Source: Eledone cirrhosa (Eukaryota). Taken from it: a DNA stretch of 64,000 nucleotides. Shown here one piece after another: positions 43,475 through 55,405 of this stretch. Under the pieces are notes generated by a model, which did no database searches, was not told where the DNA came from, and saw only the letters and a list, made by a program, of their open reading frames with translations. The stretch's first letter is position 1; each line of letters opens with the position of its first letter. The DNA is taken from NCBI GenBank assembly GCA_964016885.1, contig OZ024741.1, positions 323,826,001 through 323,890,000 on the forward strand, in the 5' to 3' direction. The position numbers were made by a program, and so were the translations under genes.

Positions 43475-46400
43475 GGTTTCTTTATTGGCCACAAGGTCTA
43501 ACATGAAGTAAAACATTACAGACAGCACAGAACAGTACAGGACGATACAAAGTGGCTTTTGGTCGTGTAAACAGGTTATAACAAAATCGGGCTAGAAATC
43601 AAAAAAATTCAAACAACAGAAATTCCCCAAGAAGGGGGAAACCTCCGAGAGTCAGTGAAGGTGAAAACCACACAAAGGACCACGGCCACTCTGACCACCA
43701 GGGCAAGCGCCCTCTCTCAGTTTTCCCACTCCTCAGTCTACAAGCGCATACTCAGAGCGGGCCTGTTCACTCGGACCACACTCGCCACTTTCACCCACCT
43801 TTCAACAAACTTACTAGAAGACAGCACCCTGAAAAAGTTAATCAGGGATTGGCTGAAGAGGAAAGTGTCCGTCTTCAACCCTTTCAACCTGTCCACCACA
43901 CAATCTCTTTCGCCATGGCCACCAGGCAGAGGAAAAATTCCTGCCCTTCCTCTTCTTTAAAGAAGGATGGCAGGGATATCTGCACAATGGACTCAGTCGA
44001 TAACCGGATCCGTCCTACATGCGACAGCAGCTGTTCGACATAGCTGCACGACTCAGCAATCCTCGGGCACTGAACGAGTGCGTGCAGGACGGCTTCGTCG
44101 CCCTGCGCGCATCTCGGAGAGGCTCGGCTGACAGCACCTTCGTGTCTGTAGAGCGTATCCCGAACCGGAAACGCTCCCCGGTAGCACTGCCAGGCCAGGG
44201 ATTTCTGGAAATTGTCCATAGGCCTGGGTCTGAAAGTTCTCTTGAAGAAAGCGAACAGCTAATCGTCTTCGACGCCCAGGATCTCCTCGAGGACGTTGTC
44301 GTTCTTTCCCTCCACTAACGCTCTATAGAACGTCGAGGTGGATGTTCCACCGATACTAGTGCCCAGCTGGTAGAGGGCGGTGAGCGCTTGGAAACATTCC
44401 AGCATCCAAGCGCTATCTCTTGTTCTTTTCCTGATCCAGGATTGCAGCTCCGTCAAGGAGACGAGCTGGGGAAAAGCGTGTTTGGCAAACGGCGACCACA
44501 TCCGTTTACCGTCAAGGAAGCACCAGTGAACTCGCAGCCTCAGAGCATGTTTGCGCATCATCAGCCACGGCATGCCTATTCCTCACGCAACGGGTGTTGA
44601 CAGCAAATGGATCGTCTGACCATGGGAGCACGTCCCTTCCACGAAAAGCGGAAGAGAAGGTGCTCCATTTTGGTCAGATTTAGGCGGGGGAAAGGTATGA
44701 CGGTCAGGCGGTAGTAGATGACGGACGCTATGTACGCATTCGCGACGTCCACCCGACCTTTCAGAGGCAGCCTCCTCTCGGCCCATTTCTGGGAGAGAGA
44801 GGTCACCCTGCTCGTCACCTCGCTCCAGTTTTTCTCCATCTGGAGGTCCGGACAGAACCAGACCCCGAGCAATTTGACCGGTCTTTCCGTCCCGCGCTCC
44901 ACGACGCTGTCGGACGGCATGGACTTGCCTCTCCAGGTGCCGAGTTGCAAGCCCACCGACTTTTCCTGGTTTATCTTTGTTCCTGTCACCGCTTCGTATT
45001 CCTTGAGAGTGGTGCCGAGCATCTGGACGAGTTTGGTGCTCGGCACCATCACGGTGACGATGTCGGCGTAAGCTGACACGGATCTCCCGCATCCCAGTTC
45101 GCGTGGGACCCCCTATCGTCTCCAATTTGTGCAGTAACGGCTCGAGGGCCAGTACGTACAAGAGGAACGAGAGGGGGCAACCCTGGTGGACCGAGCGCAT
45201 GATGCTGAAAGGCTGCGACAGGTGACCATTCAACCTCACAATCGAGCAGATGTCACTGTGCATCCCAGCGATCCAGCTCCTAAAAACGGGCCCGAAGCCG
45301 GCCGGCTCGAGGACCGCAGCCAGGTACCGATGGTCGACCCTATCAAATGCTTTAGATTGATCAAAGTTTATCAGGTTCCCACCCGTGCCAGGTTCCTTAA
45401 CCACCCTCTCTATGATGTATCGCATGAGATGGAGATTGTCGTGGATGGATCTGTCCAGAATGGCGCAAGTCTGCGCCTCTCCCCCAAGATCACCGACGAC
45501 AAGCGCCAGTCTCTTTTCTAACACCTTCTTAAACACAAAATCTTAAACTCTGCGTTTAACAGAGTTATGGGCCTGAAGTTATCTAAAATGTCCCCCTTGT
45601 TCGGATCTTTTCTCAGCAGCGCTACCGCTCCCCGGTTCACAAAACTGGGAATGCTCCCGTTCTACTGCCAGTTGCAGTAGACATCTGCCAAGAGGTCGCC
45701 GAACAGGTCTGGCATATACGCATAAAGCTCGTAGGACAGACCATCCAAACCCGGCGATTTACCCCTCGTGCAGTCAGACATCGCTTCCCGTATTTCAGCT
45801 GCTGTTATCGGCTTTTCGCACCACTGCGCTGCGGTCGTCGAGAGCCGCGGCAGTCCGTCGAGGTATGCACCGAAGTCCATACTCCGATCCGGCCCACCGC
45901 GGCTCCCGAACAATTGAGCAAAGTGCTGCTGAAAAGCCGCACACATCTGCTCGGGTTCGAGCAACATGCGCCCGTTTTGATCAGGCAAAGACGAATTGTG
46001 GACTTGTTGCCACGTGGCGCCTCCATCACCCATAGAACGGCTTTCGTCCCCTCGTGTCTTAGAGCATGCGCTCTAGCTCTGACAACGCAGCCTTCATGCT
46101 TTGCGTTGAAGAATTGGTCGAGTGCCAATCTTGCCGCAAGCACGTCGGTTGCGATGCCTGTCCTAAACGCCTCTTCGAGCTTTCTAAGTAACTCTCCCTC
46201 TACTCTATTTTCCTCTATCACTACTCCTTTGCTAAGCCTTATCGATTCTACTCTAATAGCCCTTTTAAGGGTAAACCACCACCTGTTGTTGACGATGGCA
46301 CCCGTCAACGCACGATAAACTAATTCGCTAATCCGGTCTCTGTAAGCTTTGCGCGCCGGGAACGATGCGTTCAGCTTCCAGTAGCCGGGCCCTTGCCTAT

Positions 46401-48420
46401 GGAGTCTATCTAAGTCAACTTCACAGATCACAAATTTGTGGTCCGTGTAGTCAACTTCTTTAAATTGTGGACAGCCTACACTAGCCTTATCTGTTTCCCT
46501 ACAGAATACCCTATCTAAATACGATCTGGATGACCCGATGCGGTTTCCCCATGTCCACATTGGCACGTTCGGATAATCCAGTCTATACCTATCAGGCAGT
46601 TCAAAACGTCTGAGAAGGTTGTTGAGGCTTTTACACCCTCATGCCCTGTCAACTAGCCCCACATAATCCCAGCGTGCATCTAAGACACCGTTCCAGTCGC
46701 GCACCATCACTAAAGAGCGGGACGTTCTAAGAAAGGTCTCTAGACGTCTGAAGAAATCTGGCCGTCCTGCCCCTGTTGGGGTGTAGACGGCTACTAGCCT
46801 GAAAGCATTGCCTTCGCTACCGGTCACATCCAGCACCACCGACTTACCTTCTGGATCCAGGAAGATGGCCCGTATGGCAAGATCCAAGCCTCTCCGAAAA
46901 AGCAAGGCAACTCCTCCCCTGGACGACTGGGAGATGCGTATACATTGTAGCCACCGAAGATCGGTGCGAAGGCTCGTGCTTCGAAGATTATGGTCGTGCT
47001 GATGGCCACCACATCTATGTTTAGTGACCTGAGGTCGTTGAGCCGGTGACCCTGCTTCCAAGATGACCCCAGGCCACGTACATTTATACTGCCTATTCTA
47101 AGTACGGCCATGTTGGATGAGAAACGGGGTAAGAGAGAATGGATCACTTACCTCGATTGTGTGGTGAAGGGACAGTAAAACCGTCCCTTTGGCTGGTCAT
47201 TGGTGTTTCCAAGAGGATGTAGGTGTATATCTTCTTGGCAACGGACCCTCTGAAGTCTCCAACTGCGTTGGGGAATTTTTCTTTTAAAAATTTGTACTGT
47301 TCTATTTTGATTTATGTCTTTCGGGAGAGTTCCTGGTGTTGGAGGGGTGTAGTAATTCTTTCTGTGATGTCTGTGTGCTGCTTAATATGTTGTAAGAGTT
47401 CTTTATTTGCCATGTTTATGGGTGTGTACTTTTTGGGGGGAGGGGTGATTTTGTTGCTGCTGGGTGTGTGTGTTTTGTGTTTGCGATGTTGGTGTTTTTG
47501 GTGATGCTGGTGGTGGTGTGGTTGTTGTTGGTGGTGATGCTTGTGGTGGTAATGGTGATGGTGGTGGTGTTGCTGCAATTCTCCTTGGAGCCTTTACCCC
47601 TCGTTGTTTGCCTTCGGTTTTGGAGGGTGAAGCTAAGGGGTTTTTTCTTTTGTTTTTTTTGTGGCAGACCGTTTGCCACTTCCCTCCCACCTCATACCCC
47701 ATGTGAGATTCCGTGGGCTCTGGGAGGGGTATGAGCTCCACTACTCTTGGAGGTGGTAGTGGAGCCCGCTCTGGTGATTTTGCCGCCGGTGTAGCTACTG
47801 CAACTGTTGGTGTTGCTGCCACTGTTGTCACTGTTTTAGTTGTCGTGGCCTTGGTATGGGTATCATGGACGTTGACCTCCTACTCACCATGGAAGTGTCT
47901 TCTGCCTTTGTTGCCTGCTCTGCTCTTGGTAGCAGCGGATCAGAGGTCTGAAGGAGGGGGTCCTCTACTTGGCTGTCTTCTGTGGGAAGAAGGCCCCGAG
48001 GTGACCCTTCTTCCCACAGAGATAGCACTTTGGGCCCCTTCCTTCCTCGAGGTCTATGATGTCTGGGATGGCCTTGATGCACGTCTGGTCAGTTTGTATT
48101 TGCATTTGCATTCCTATCCCTGACCAGTTCTCTCTTCCCATTCTCTGTATGTGCAGTATGGTGGTCTTCTTGATTCCAGCAAGTACAGACGCGGCCAGCC
48201 AAGTTATGGGCACGTCGGGCGGGACCTGGGTCACTTTGGCCCTGACAATTTTCTGCCCGCAGTAGGATGACACTGCCATCCCCTCCTCTGTGACTAGCAC
48301 TGTCTCTATATTTCGGGCCACACCTGCGAAAGAAGTGAACCCTTTTTCAGCGGCACCATTATTGCTGCCGCTACTGCTGCTACTGATCTTGTTGTTGGTG
48401 CTGTTGCTGTTGCTATTGCT
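43475..48420 (-). mobile_element. Tx1/L1-group LINE, near full length, multiply frameshifted
   Basis: ORF1 zinc knuckle CYLCGKKGH; APE motifs INVRGL, DWNGVLD, SYLDR, TDH; GPGYWKLN; RT motifs KSPGLDGL, FRPITLLN, DQSKAFDRVDH, QGCPLS, YAD; C-terminal C..H..C; 3' gtggccaataaagaaacc(ATT)n. Confidence 0.9.
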
Positions 48421-48435
48421 GCAATAAAAAAATCA

Positions 48436-48486
<51 letters not shown>

Positions 48487-48505
48487 GTGCAATATATATG
48501 AATCA

Positions 48506-48596
<91 letters not shown>

Positions 48597-48975
48597 TAGT
48601 ATAGTATATAGTATTGTTTATAGAATGTTTCTGTTTGATTCTGAAGTCTAATATTGATATGTGTGTATAGCATGAGACAGTGCAATCGAATTATCTTAAC
48701 GGGAACATTGATACTGATTGCAAAAAGCGAACTCCCCTCCCAAAAAAGCGAAAATGTCTCTGATATTTTTATATTTTTACCAGATTAAAAAATATCACGT
48801 TATGTTGATTAAATATAATTAAAGATAGAAAATAAAAGGCCACACATAATAGATTTAACAAGACGACGTTTCGTCCACTTCAAGACAGATTCATGTCATG
48901 GAAGTAATTTTAGAAAGGTTAGAGAGAGATAATGCATTGGAAATGAAAGCGATTGCTTCATATTGTAATTTATGA

Positions 48976-49230
48976 AGGTGTATGGTTTAGTGGTTAGGAT
49001 GTTTAGCTTGCGGTCATAAGCTTTTGAGTTCGGTTTCCGGCAGTGCGTTGTATCCTTGAGCATGACACTTTATCACACATTGCTTAGGTACATTAAGCTG
49101 GAAAACATAGTTATTGCTATAAATGAAAAGGCCAGCTTTGACATACACCGTCACATTCAATCTCCTCGAAAAATCCATTAAGGGTGTGGTATGCTCAGTC
49201 ACTTGCACGTAAACCTACCAAGCAGTCTGT
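48976..49230 (+). mobile_element. tRNA-derived SINE (family C)
   Basis: TGGTTTAGTGG A-box, GAGTTCGGTTTCC B-box-like, tccttgagcatgacacttta core; related pieces at ~4380-4470 and 61060-61330. Confidence 0.55.
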
Positions 49231-49443
49231 AGCACGCTTCTGAAGCACTTATGCTCGAATGCCTGGATTCTTCGTTCCATGTCAGCTGTGAGAGTCCAAC
49301 TCTAACATATACAAATAGATCGAAGTCAACAAAGACTTGTATAATTTCTATATAGATATAAATATAAACACACAGGAATACTCATATAAATATATATATA
49401 TATATATGTGTACATATAAATCGAGAGAAGTTCATCAAAATCA

Positions 49444-49506
<63 letters not shown>

Positions 49507-50095
49507 TCCATACAGATGTGGGTATAGATTTTGAAAAGAGCATTCAACATATAATGTGGATGTTCAATACATATAACTAGTTTGACTTAGCTACGTTCTA
49601 CCAGAAAACACGTCTAAATCATCGAGTGAAATTGACAAAAGTCTCAAAAAATATATATGGTAGAAAAAGTTATTGATACAGTATTATATACTTGAAAAAT
49701 TATGTTAATTTCCTGAGCAGCCCGTTCCATAGATAGTACAACGCAAACACTCATCTTCAAAATCGACGGATGTCCAACACACGCACTAACAAGTAGGTAT
49801 ATTAAACATACCAAGGAATAAATGGCAAATGACAGCTTCAGCCATTCAAAGAAAAGAGAGATCTGTAAAACCGAAGCTAATCCCTATCATAAATGGTACA
49901 GACTAAGTGGACATCATATCTGCAATGTTTTTATAGATGTAACACTGACATCTTTAATCAACATACTAAGCATGAATCAACGATAATAAACATTCTATTA
50001 AGAATAAAGTCAACACATTTCATGTAGAGATTATCTCAAATTGTACGTTGTTGATCAATGGTTCTCAACCGTCTCTCTCTCAAGGGTCCTTTTTA

Positions 50096-50594
50096 CGGAA
50101 GTACCATGAAAAAAAGTGCACCAAAATGGGGAGAAATGAGGCAAAATGGAGAGATTTTACGTAATGAAAGATATACCCATTTTCACAACAGAAAACATCT
50201 CTCACCCACCCCAAAGTGCGTGGGAGATCCCCCCATCGGACGGAGAGAATTGATAGGTCTGTTTTTAATTACATGAATTTTCCAACTGACCCTTTCGCCA
50301 CTACAATTGCTCTTCTGCAAAATATTTATTCAGTGATAACAATAAAAGGAGAAAAAAGTTTATACCCAATAGTATGTGTATATTGTATTTATAACAGAGT
50401 ACTTAAACATTTGAAATTAGGATACGGAAATCACAGGCCTGTCAACTCTCTCCGTCCGATGGAGAGATCTCCTACCCACCTTCGGGGTGGGGGATGAGAG
50501 ATGTCTGCTCTTGTTAAAATGGGTATAGCTTTCATTATGTAAAATCTCCCCATTTTGCCTCATTTTGGTGCACTTTTTTTCATGGTACTCCCCG
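50096..50594. mobile_element. MITE-like element with ~165-bp imperfect terminal inverted repeats
   Basis: agtaccatgaaaaaaagtgcaccaaaatg...ccatcggacggagag mirrored at 50430-50594; AT-rich middle; no HHR or (TA)n flanks. Confidence 0.7.
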
Positions 50595-50865
50595 TTTGGA
50601 ATTTTAGAGGTTGGCAGGTCTGATATCAGTTTGCGAGCTGCTGTAGATGGTAATAAAACAACAACAGCAGATCAACCGTTATATTTCTACGCAGTTTCAG
50701 TAAGAAAAATGTCGTAAAACTTAGTTTTTTAAATATTCCTCAGTGCAACTTTGAAGTGAGGAAAATTGACAAAAGCCTGTAACATATTATTTCTCTTTTT
50801 GTCGACTCTAATTTAAGGGTCGTAAATGCAGACACAGGCACTGACGTAAACATACACACACACAC

Positions 50866-50939
<74 letters not shown>

Positions 50940-50961
50940 ATATCTATCTATCTATCTATCT

Positions 50962-53900
50962 AGGGATCTATCTATACCACACAACATACCCCTCCCATCT
51001 ACCCCTGATTCAGAAGTCTCAGACACAGGAACCTCTACATCTCCAAGTGAGAATGAAGAGGAACCCCAAAAATCCAAAAAACAAAAAAAGAGACAAAAAA
51101 AACCACAAAAACAAAAACATCTACAGAAAACACGCACACACCCAACCCCACCATAAACACACCGCCACAAACTACAAACACACCAACAACACAATCACCA
51201 CCAACACAACCAAACACTTCACCAACAAAACAAACACCCACACCACCACAATCACAAACCCCAACCACAAAAAGAAAACTACAAACAGAAACAGCACACT
51301 TAAAAAACAAAACACATTACACATACATAAAAACAACAAACAAAGAATTGGTAGATACTGTCCGAAAGGACACTACTATCCAAACGGAACGGAAAACCTT
51401 CCCCACCAACGACCCACCCCCAAAGCTCAAACTGATCAGGGTAACAATCCTACAACATGAAACATTGAAAGGGACCTTCCCACATAATGTGGGCCCCCCT
51501 TGCCAAAACCCCTTAACCGTGTCCTGCTAAAAGGAATCCCTCCCTCCCCAATCTGGACATGGAGATCGAACAACCCGACCTCCAGGAAACGAAAAAGTAA
51601 GTGTTCCTGCCTTTTTTCTCCCTAACTCTTCTTCCCCAACATGGCGACTATGCAAGTTGAATGTTTGAATGTACGTGGCCTGGGCATGTCCTGGAAACAG
51701 GGCCAGCTTTTAAATGATCTCAGGTCACATTGTATAGATGCGATAGCCATCACCGAGTCCAGGATTCACGACAGGCAGCAGCTAACCCCCATGTTCGATG
51801 ACTTTGAGATCTACGCATCTTTCTGTCAACTAGGTGGAAGGGGAGTTGCTGTTCTGTTTCGAAAAAACTTAGATCTCAAAGTGAGGACGATTCACTTTGA
51901 CACGGAGGGCAGCTTGGTGGTCCTGGACGCGAATGGTAGTGAAGGTGGAGCTTTCAGACTGGTGGCCGTATATGCCCGGACTGGGACATCGCGACCAGAG
52001 TTCTTCAAGCGTCTGGAGCCATTCCTGGGAATGTCTCGCTCCTTAGTGTTAGCGGGGGACTTAAATGGCATCTTAGATGCACGTTGGGACTATGTAGGAG
52101 CTTGTGATAATAGAGGTGGGTGTAATAGTCTCAAAAATCTCATCAGCCAATTCCAACTGGCTGATAGATATCAACTAGACTTCCCAAGTGTACCACTGTG
52201 GACGTGAAGCAACCATACTGGGTCTTCTAGATCGTATTTAGATAGATTTTTTAATTAGACAGAAAGATAGGGAAACATTAAGCTGTCCACAAATGCACAT
52301 GGTTACCTATTCAGACCACAAATTAGTCATCTGCGTAGTCAACCTTGATAGAACACATAGACAAGGACCCGGATACTGGAAGCTAAATATGTCGCTTCCG
52401 GCGCGTAAGGTATACAGTAAACGGATTAGCACATTAGTTAAGTGCCAGTTGACGGGGGAGATCGTCAACAACAAGATGGTGGAGCTCTCTCAAAAGAGCA
52501 ATTAGAATAGAATCGATAGCATTTAGCAAGGAAGTAGCTTTAGAAAAAAACAAAACCGAAAAGGAACTGGTAGCTAAAGAAGAAGAAGCCCTTAGGAATG
52601 GAGGTACATCTGACCGGCTAGCGGCGAGAACAGCACCAGACCAGTTCTTCAACGTGAAAAACGAAGGGTGTATTGTCAGAAGTAGAACACGTGCTCTAAG
52701 AAACGAGGGAGCCAAAGCTGTTAGCTGGGCCCGAGTGGCAGATGCGAAAAGTGTCAACAAATCCACAATTCGGTCCTTCCAGCAGCATTTTACACAACTG
52801 TTCGGGCAACGCGGTACATCGAGCGAGTTGATGGACTTCAGCTCCTACCTCGACGGTGTACGACGACTCTCGAACCCGGATGCGGAGAGCTGCGAAAGGC
52901 TGATCACAGTGGGCGAAATAGAAGATGCCCTAGGCCACTGTGGGAAACGCAAATAACCCGGTTTAGATGGTCTACCCTATGAATTTTACATAGGCATGCC
53001 AGACTTGTTCTATAGGCAGAGGCGTAGTAACGCTGATCAGGAAAGATGAGAACAAGGGGGTTGAGATAAGCAATTTCAGGCCCATAACTCTGATCAACAC
53101 ATAGTTAAAGATTTTGGCCAAGGTGTTAGCAGCGAGGCTGGCGCTTGTCGAGCATCTGGTAGGGGAAGCGCAAACGTGTGCAATCCCGACCAGGTCCATA
53201 TACAACAACCTCCACCTCATATGATACACCATGGAGAGTGTAGTGTGTAAACCTGGCTTTGGTGAGGCTTGATCAATTTAGATCAGCCTAAGACATTTGA
53301 TAGGGTCGACCATCAATAGTTGGAAGCGGTTCTCAAGGCGGCCGGCTTCGGTCCCGTCTTCAGAGGCTGGATCGCTGCCATGCACACCAGCATCTGCTCG
53401 GCAGTCAAAGTGAATGGCTACCTATCGGAGCCATTCCAAATCATGCGTTCCATCCGTCAGGGGTGCCCTCTCTCCTCCATTATGTATGTACTTACTCTCG
53501 AGCCTTTACTGCGGAAGTTGGAGCTGTTGCAGGGCATCCTGATCGAACCAGGACTGCGGAAAGTAGCGTCGGTCTATACCGACGACATAACCGTAATGGT
53601 GTTGAAAACCTCGGATATCAGAGAAATCGGCAACCTATTACAGGAATACGAAACGTTGACAGGAGCAAGACTAAACCCAAAACACGTGTGTCGGTTTGCA
53701 ACTCGGCACATGGAGAGTGTTGTTGGACGCTGGACGGAAGGACCGGTGAAATTGCTTGGGGTATGGTTTGGTCCAGACCTCCAGGTTTACAAGAACTGGA
53801 ATGAGGTCACGGCCAAGGTGATTGCACTCACCCAGAAGTGGACTGAGTGCAAACTCTCATTGAAAGGTCGAGCGGAGGTGGCGAACACTTACATAGCGTC

Positions 53901-54948
53901 CGTCATCTACTACCGCTTGACCATCGTGCCTTGTCCCCGCGAATACCTCACCAAAATGGAACGCCTACTCTTCAAGTCCCTCTGGAAGAAACAGGCTCCA
54001 TTGGTGAGGAGATCCATCTGCTGTCAACACCCTTCTAACGGAGGGTTGGGCATGCCGTGGCTGATGATGCGCAAACACGCGCAGAGGCTATGCCATCTCC
54101 AGGTGTTCTTGACCGGCGAACCGGTGTGGCTGTCGTTTGTGAGACGAGCTCTTCCACAATTCGTCTCACTAACAGAGCTGCAGTCCTGGGTCAAGCAAAG
54201 ACCAAAAATGGGCGCTTGGCACCTCGACTGCCTTCAGGCGCTCACAGCCCTCTACCAAGCGGAAACAGCAATCAGCGGAGACTCCACTTCGACATTCTAT
54301 AGGGGATTAGTGGAGGGTAAGTGCGACGGCGTTCTCGGGGAAACTCTAGGCATCGAGGAAGACGAACTGACCAGTCTGTTCGGGGGGGACTTTCCATCCA
54401 GGGCATTTGGATAACTTCCAGAGGTCTCTGGTCTGGCAGTGCTACCGAGGAGCTCTACCAGTTCGAGACAAAATCTACAGGCACGGACGCCCTGGCAGAG
54501 ATCCTGCCAAAAGGACCTGTCCAAGATGCGAGCAGAACATCGAAACCATTCTGCATGCAATTGCTCAGTGCCCAGGGGTGACCGACCTGTGGAATTATGT
54601 CGAACAGCTACTGTCACGTGTAGGACGCATCCAGTTGTCACCGAGTCCATCGTGAGGATCACCCCGCTGCCTCCATTTAAGAATGAAGAAGAGGAGGTCT
54701 TCCTCTGTCTGGTAACTATGGCAAAAGAGGTAATATGGTGGACGTGGTTAAAAGGACTGAGGGCAAGCACCTTTCTCACCGGACAACAACTCATCCCCTT
54801 CTTTAAGTACTAAATGGGGATTTCAATTGTTTTATTTTTATATAGTTTATTGTTATTTATCATTGTTAAAGATTTTATGTAAAACCCTCGCTGTCACGTC
54901 TTGTAATGTCTCATTTTTGTACGCCCCTGTGGCAAATAAAGAAAGATA
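50962..54948 (+). mobile_element. 5'-truncated Tx1/L1-group LINE in (TATC)n, ORF2 disrupted
   Basis: APE motifs LNVRGL, GDLNGILD, SDH; GPGYWKLN; RT motifs SIRQGCPLS, YTDD; CPRC..H..QC. Preceded by (TATC)n at 50868-50961 and ends aataaagaaagatatctatct. Confidence 0.9.
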
Positions 54949-55101
54949 TCTATCTATATATACATATATTATTGACAATAAAATTGCAGCTTTTTGTGAA
55001 ACTTTACTTCATATTACAATTGTTACTATATCGATCAGTTCGGGTTTGATCAGGCGATCAGATCCCGTCTCTAAGTCGTCACTTCTTCAGATATGAGAGT
55101 T

Positions 55102-55143
<42 letters not shown>

Positions 55144-55230
55144 AGTATATATATATATATATATATATATATGTAGGAGGTGAGTTTTATTGTAGTACAA
55201 TAAAGCAATGCAGATATCGGATAAGAAGCA

Positions 55231-55275
<45 letters not shown>

Positions 55276-55286
55276 GATAAGAAGCA

Positions 55287-55343
<57 letters not shown>

Positions 55344-55405
55344 ATGTATGTATATATATATATATATATGTGTGTATGTATATATATATATATATATGTA
55401 TATAT

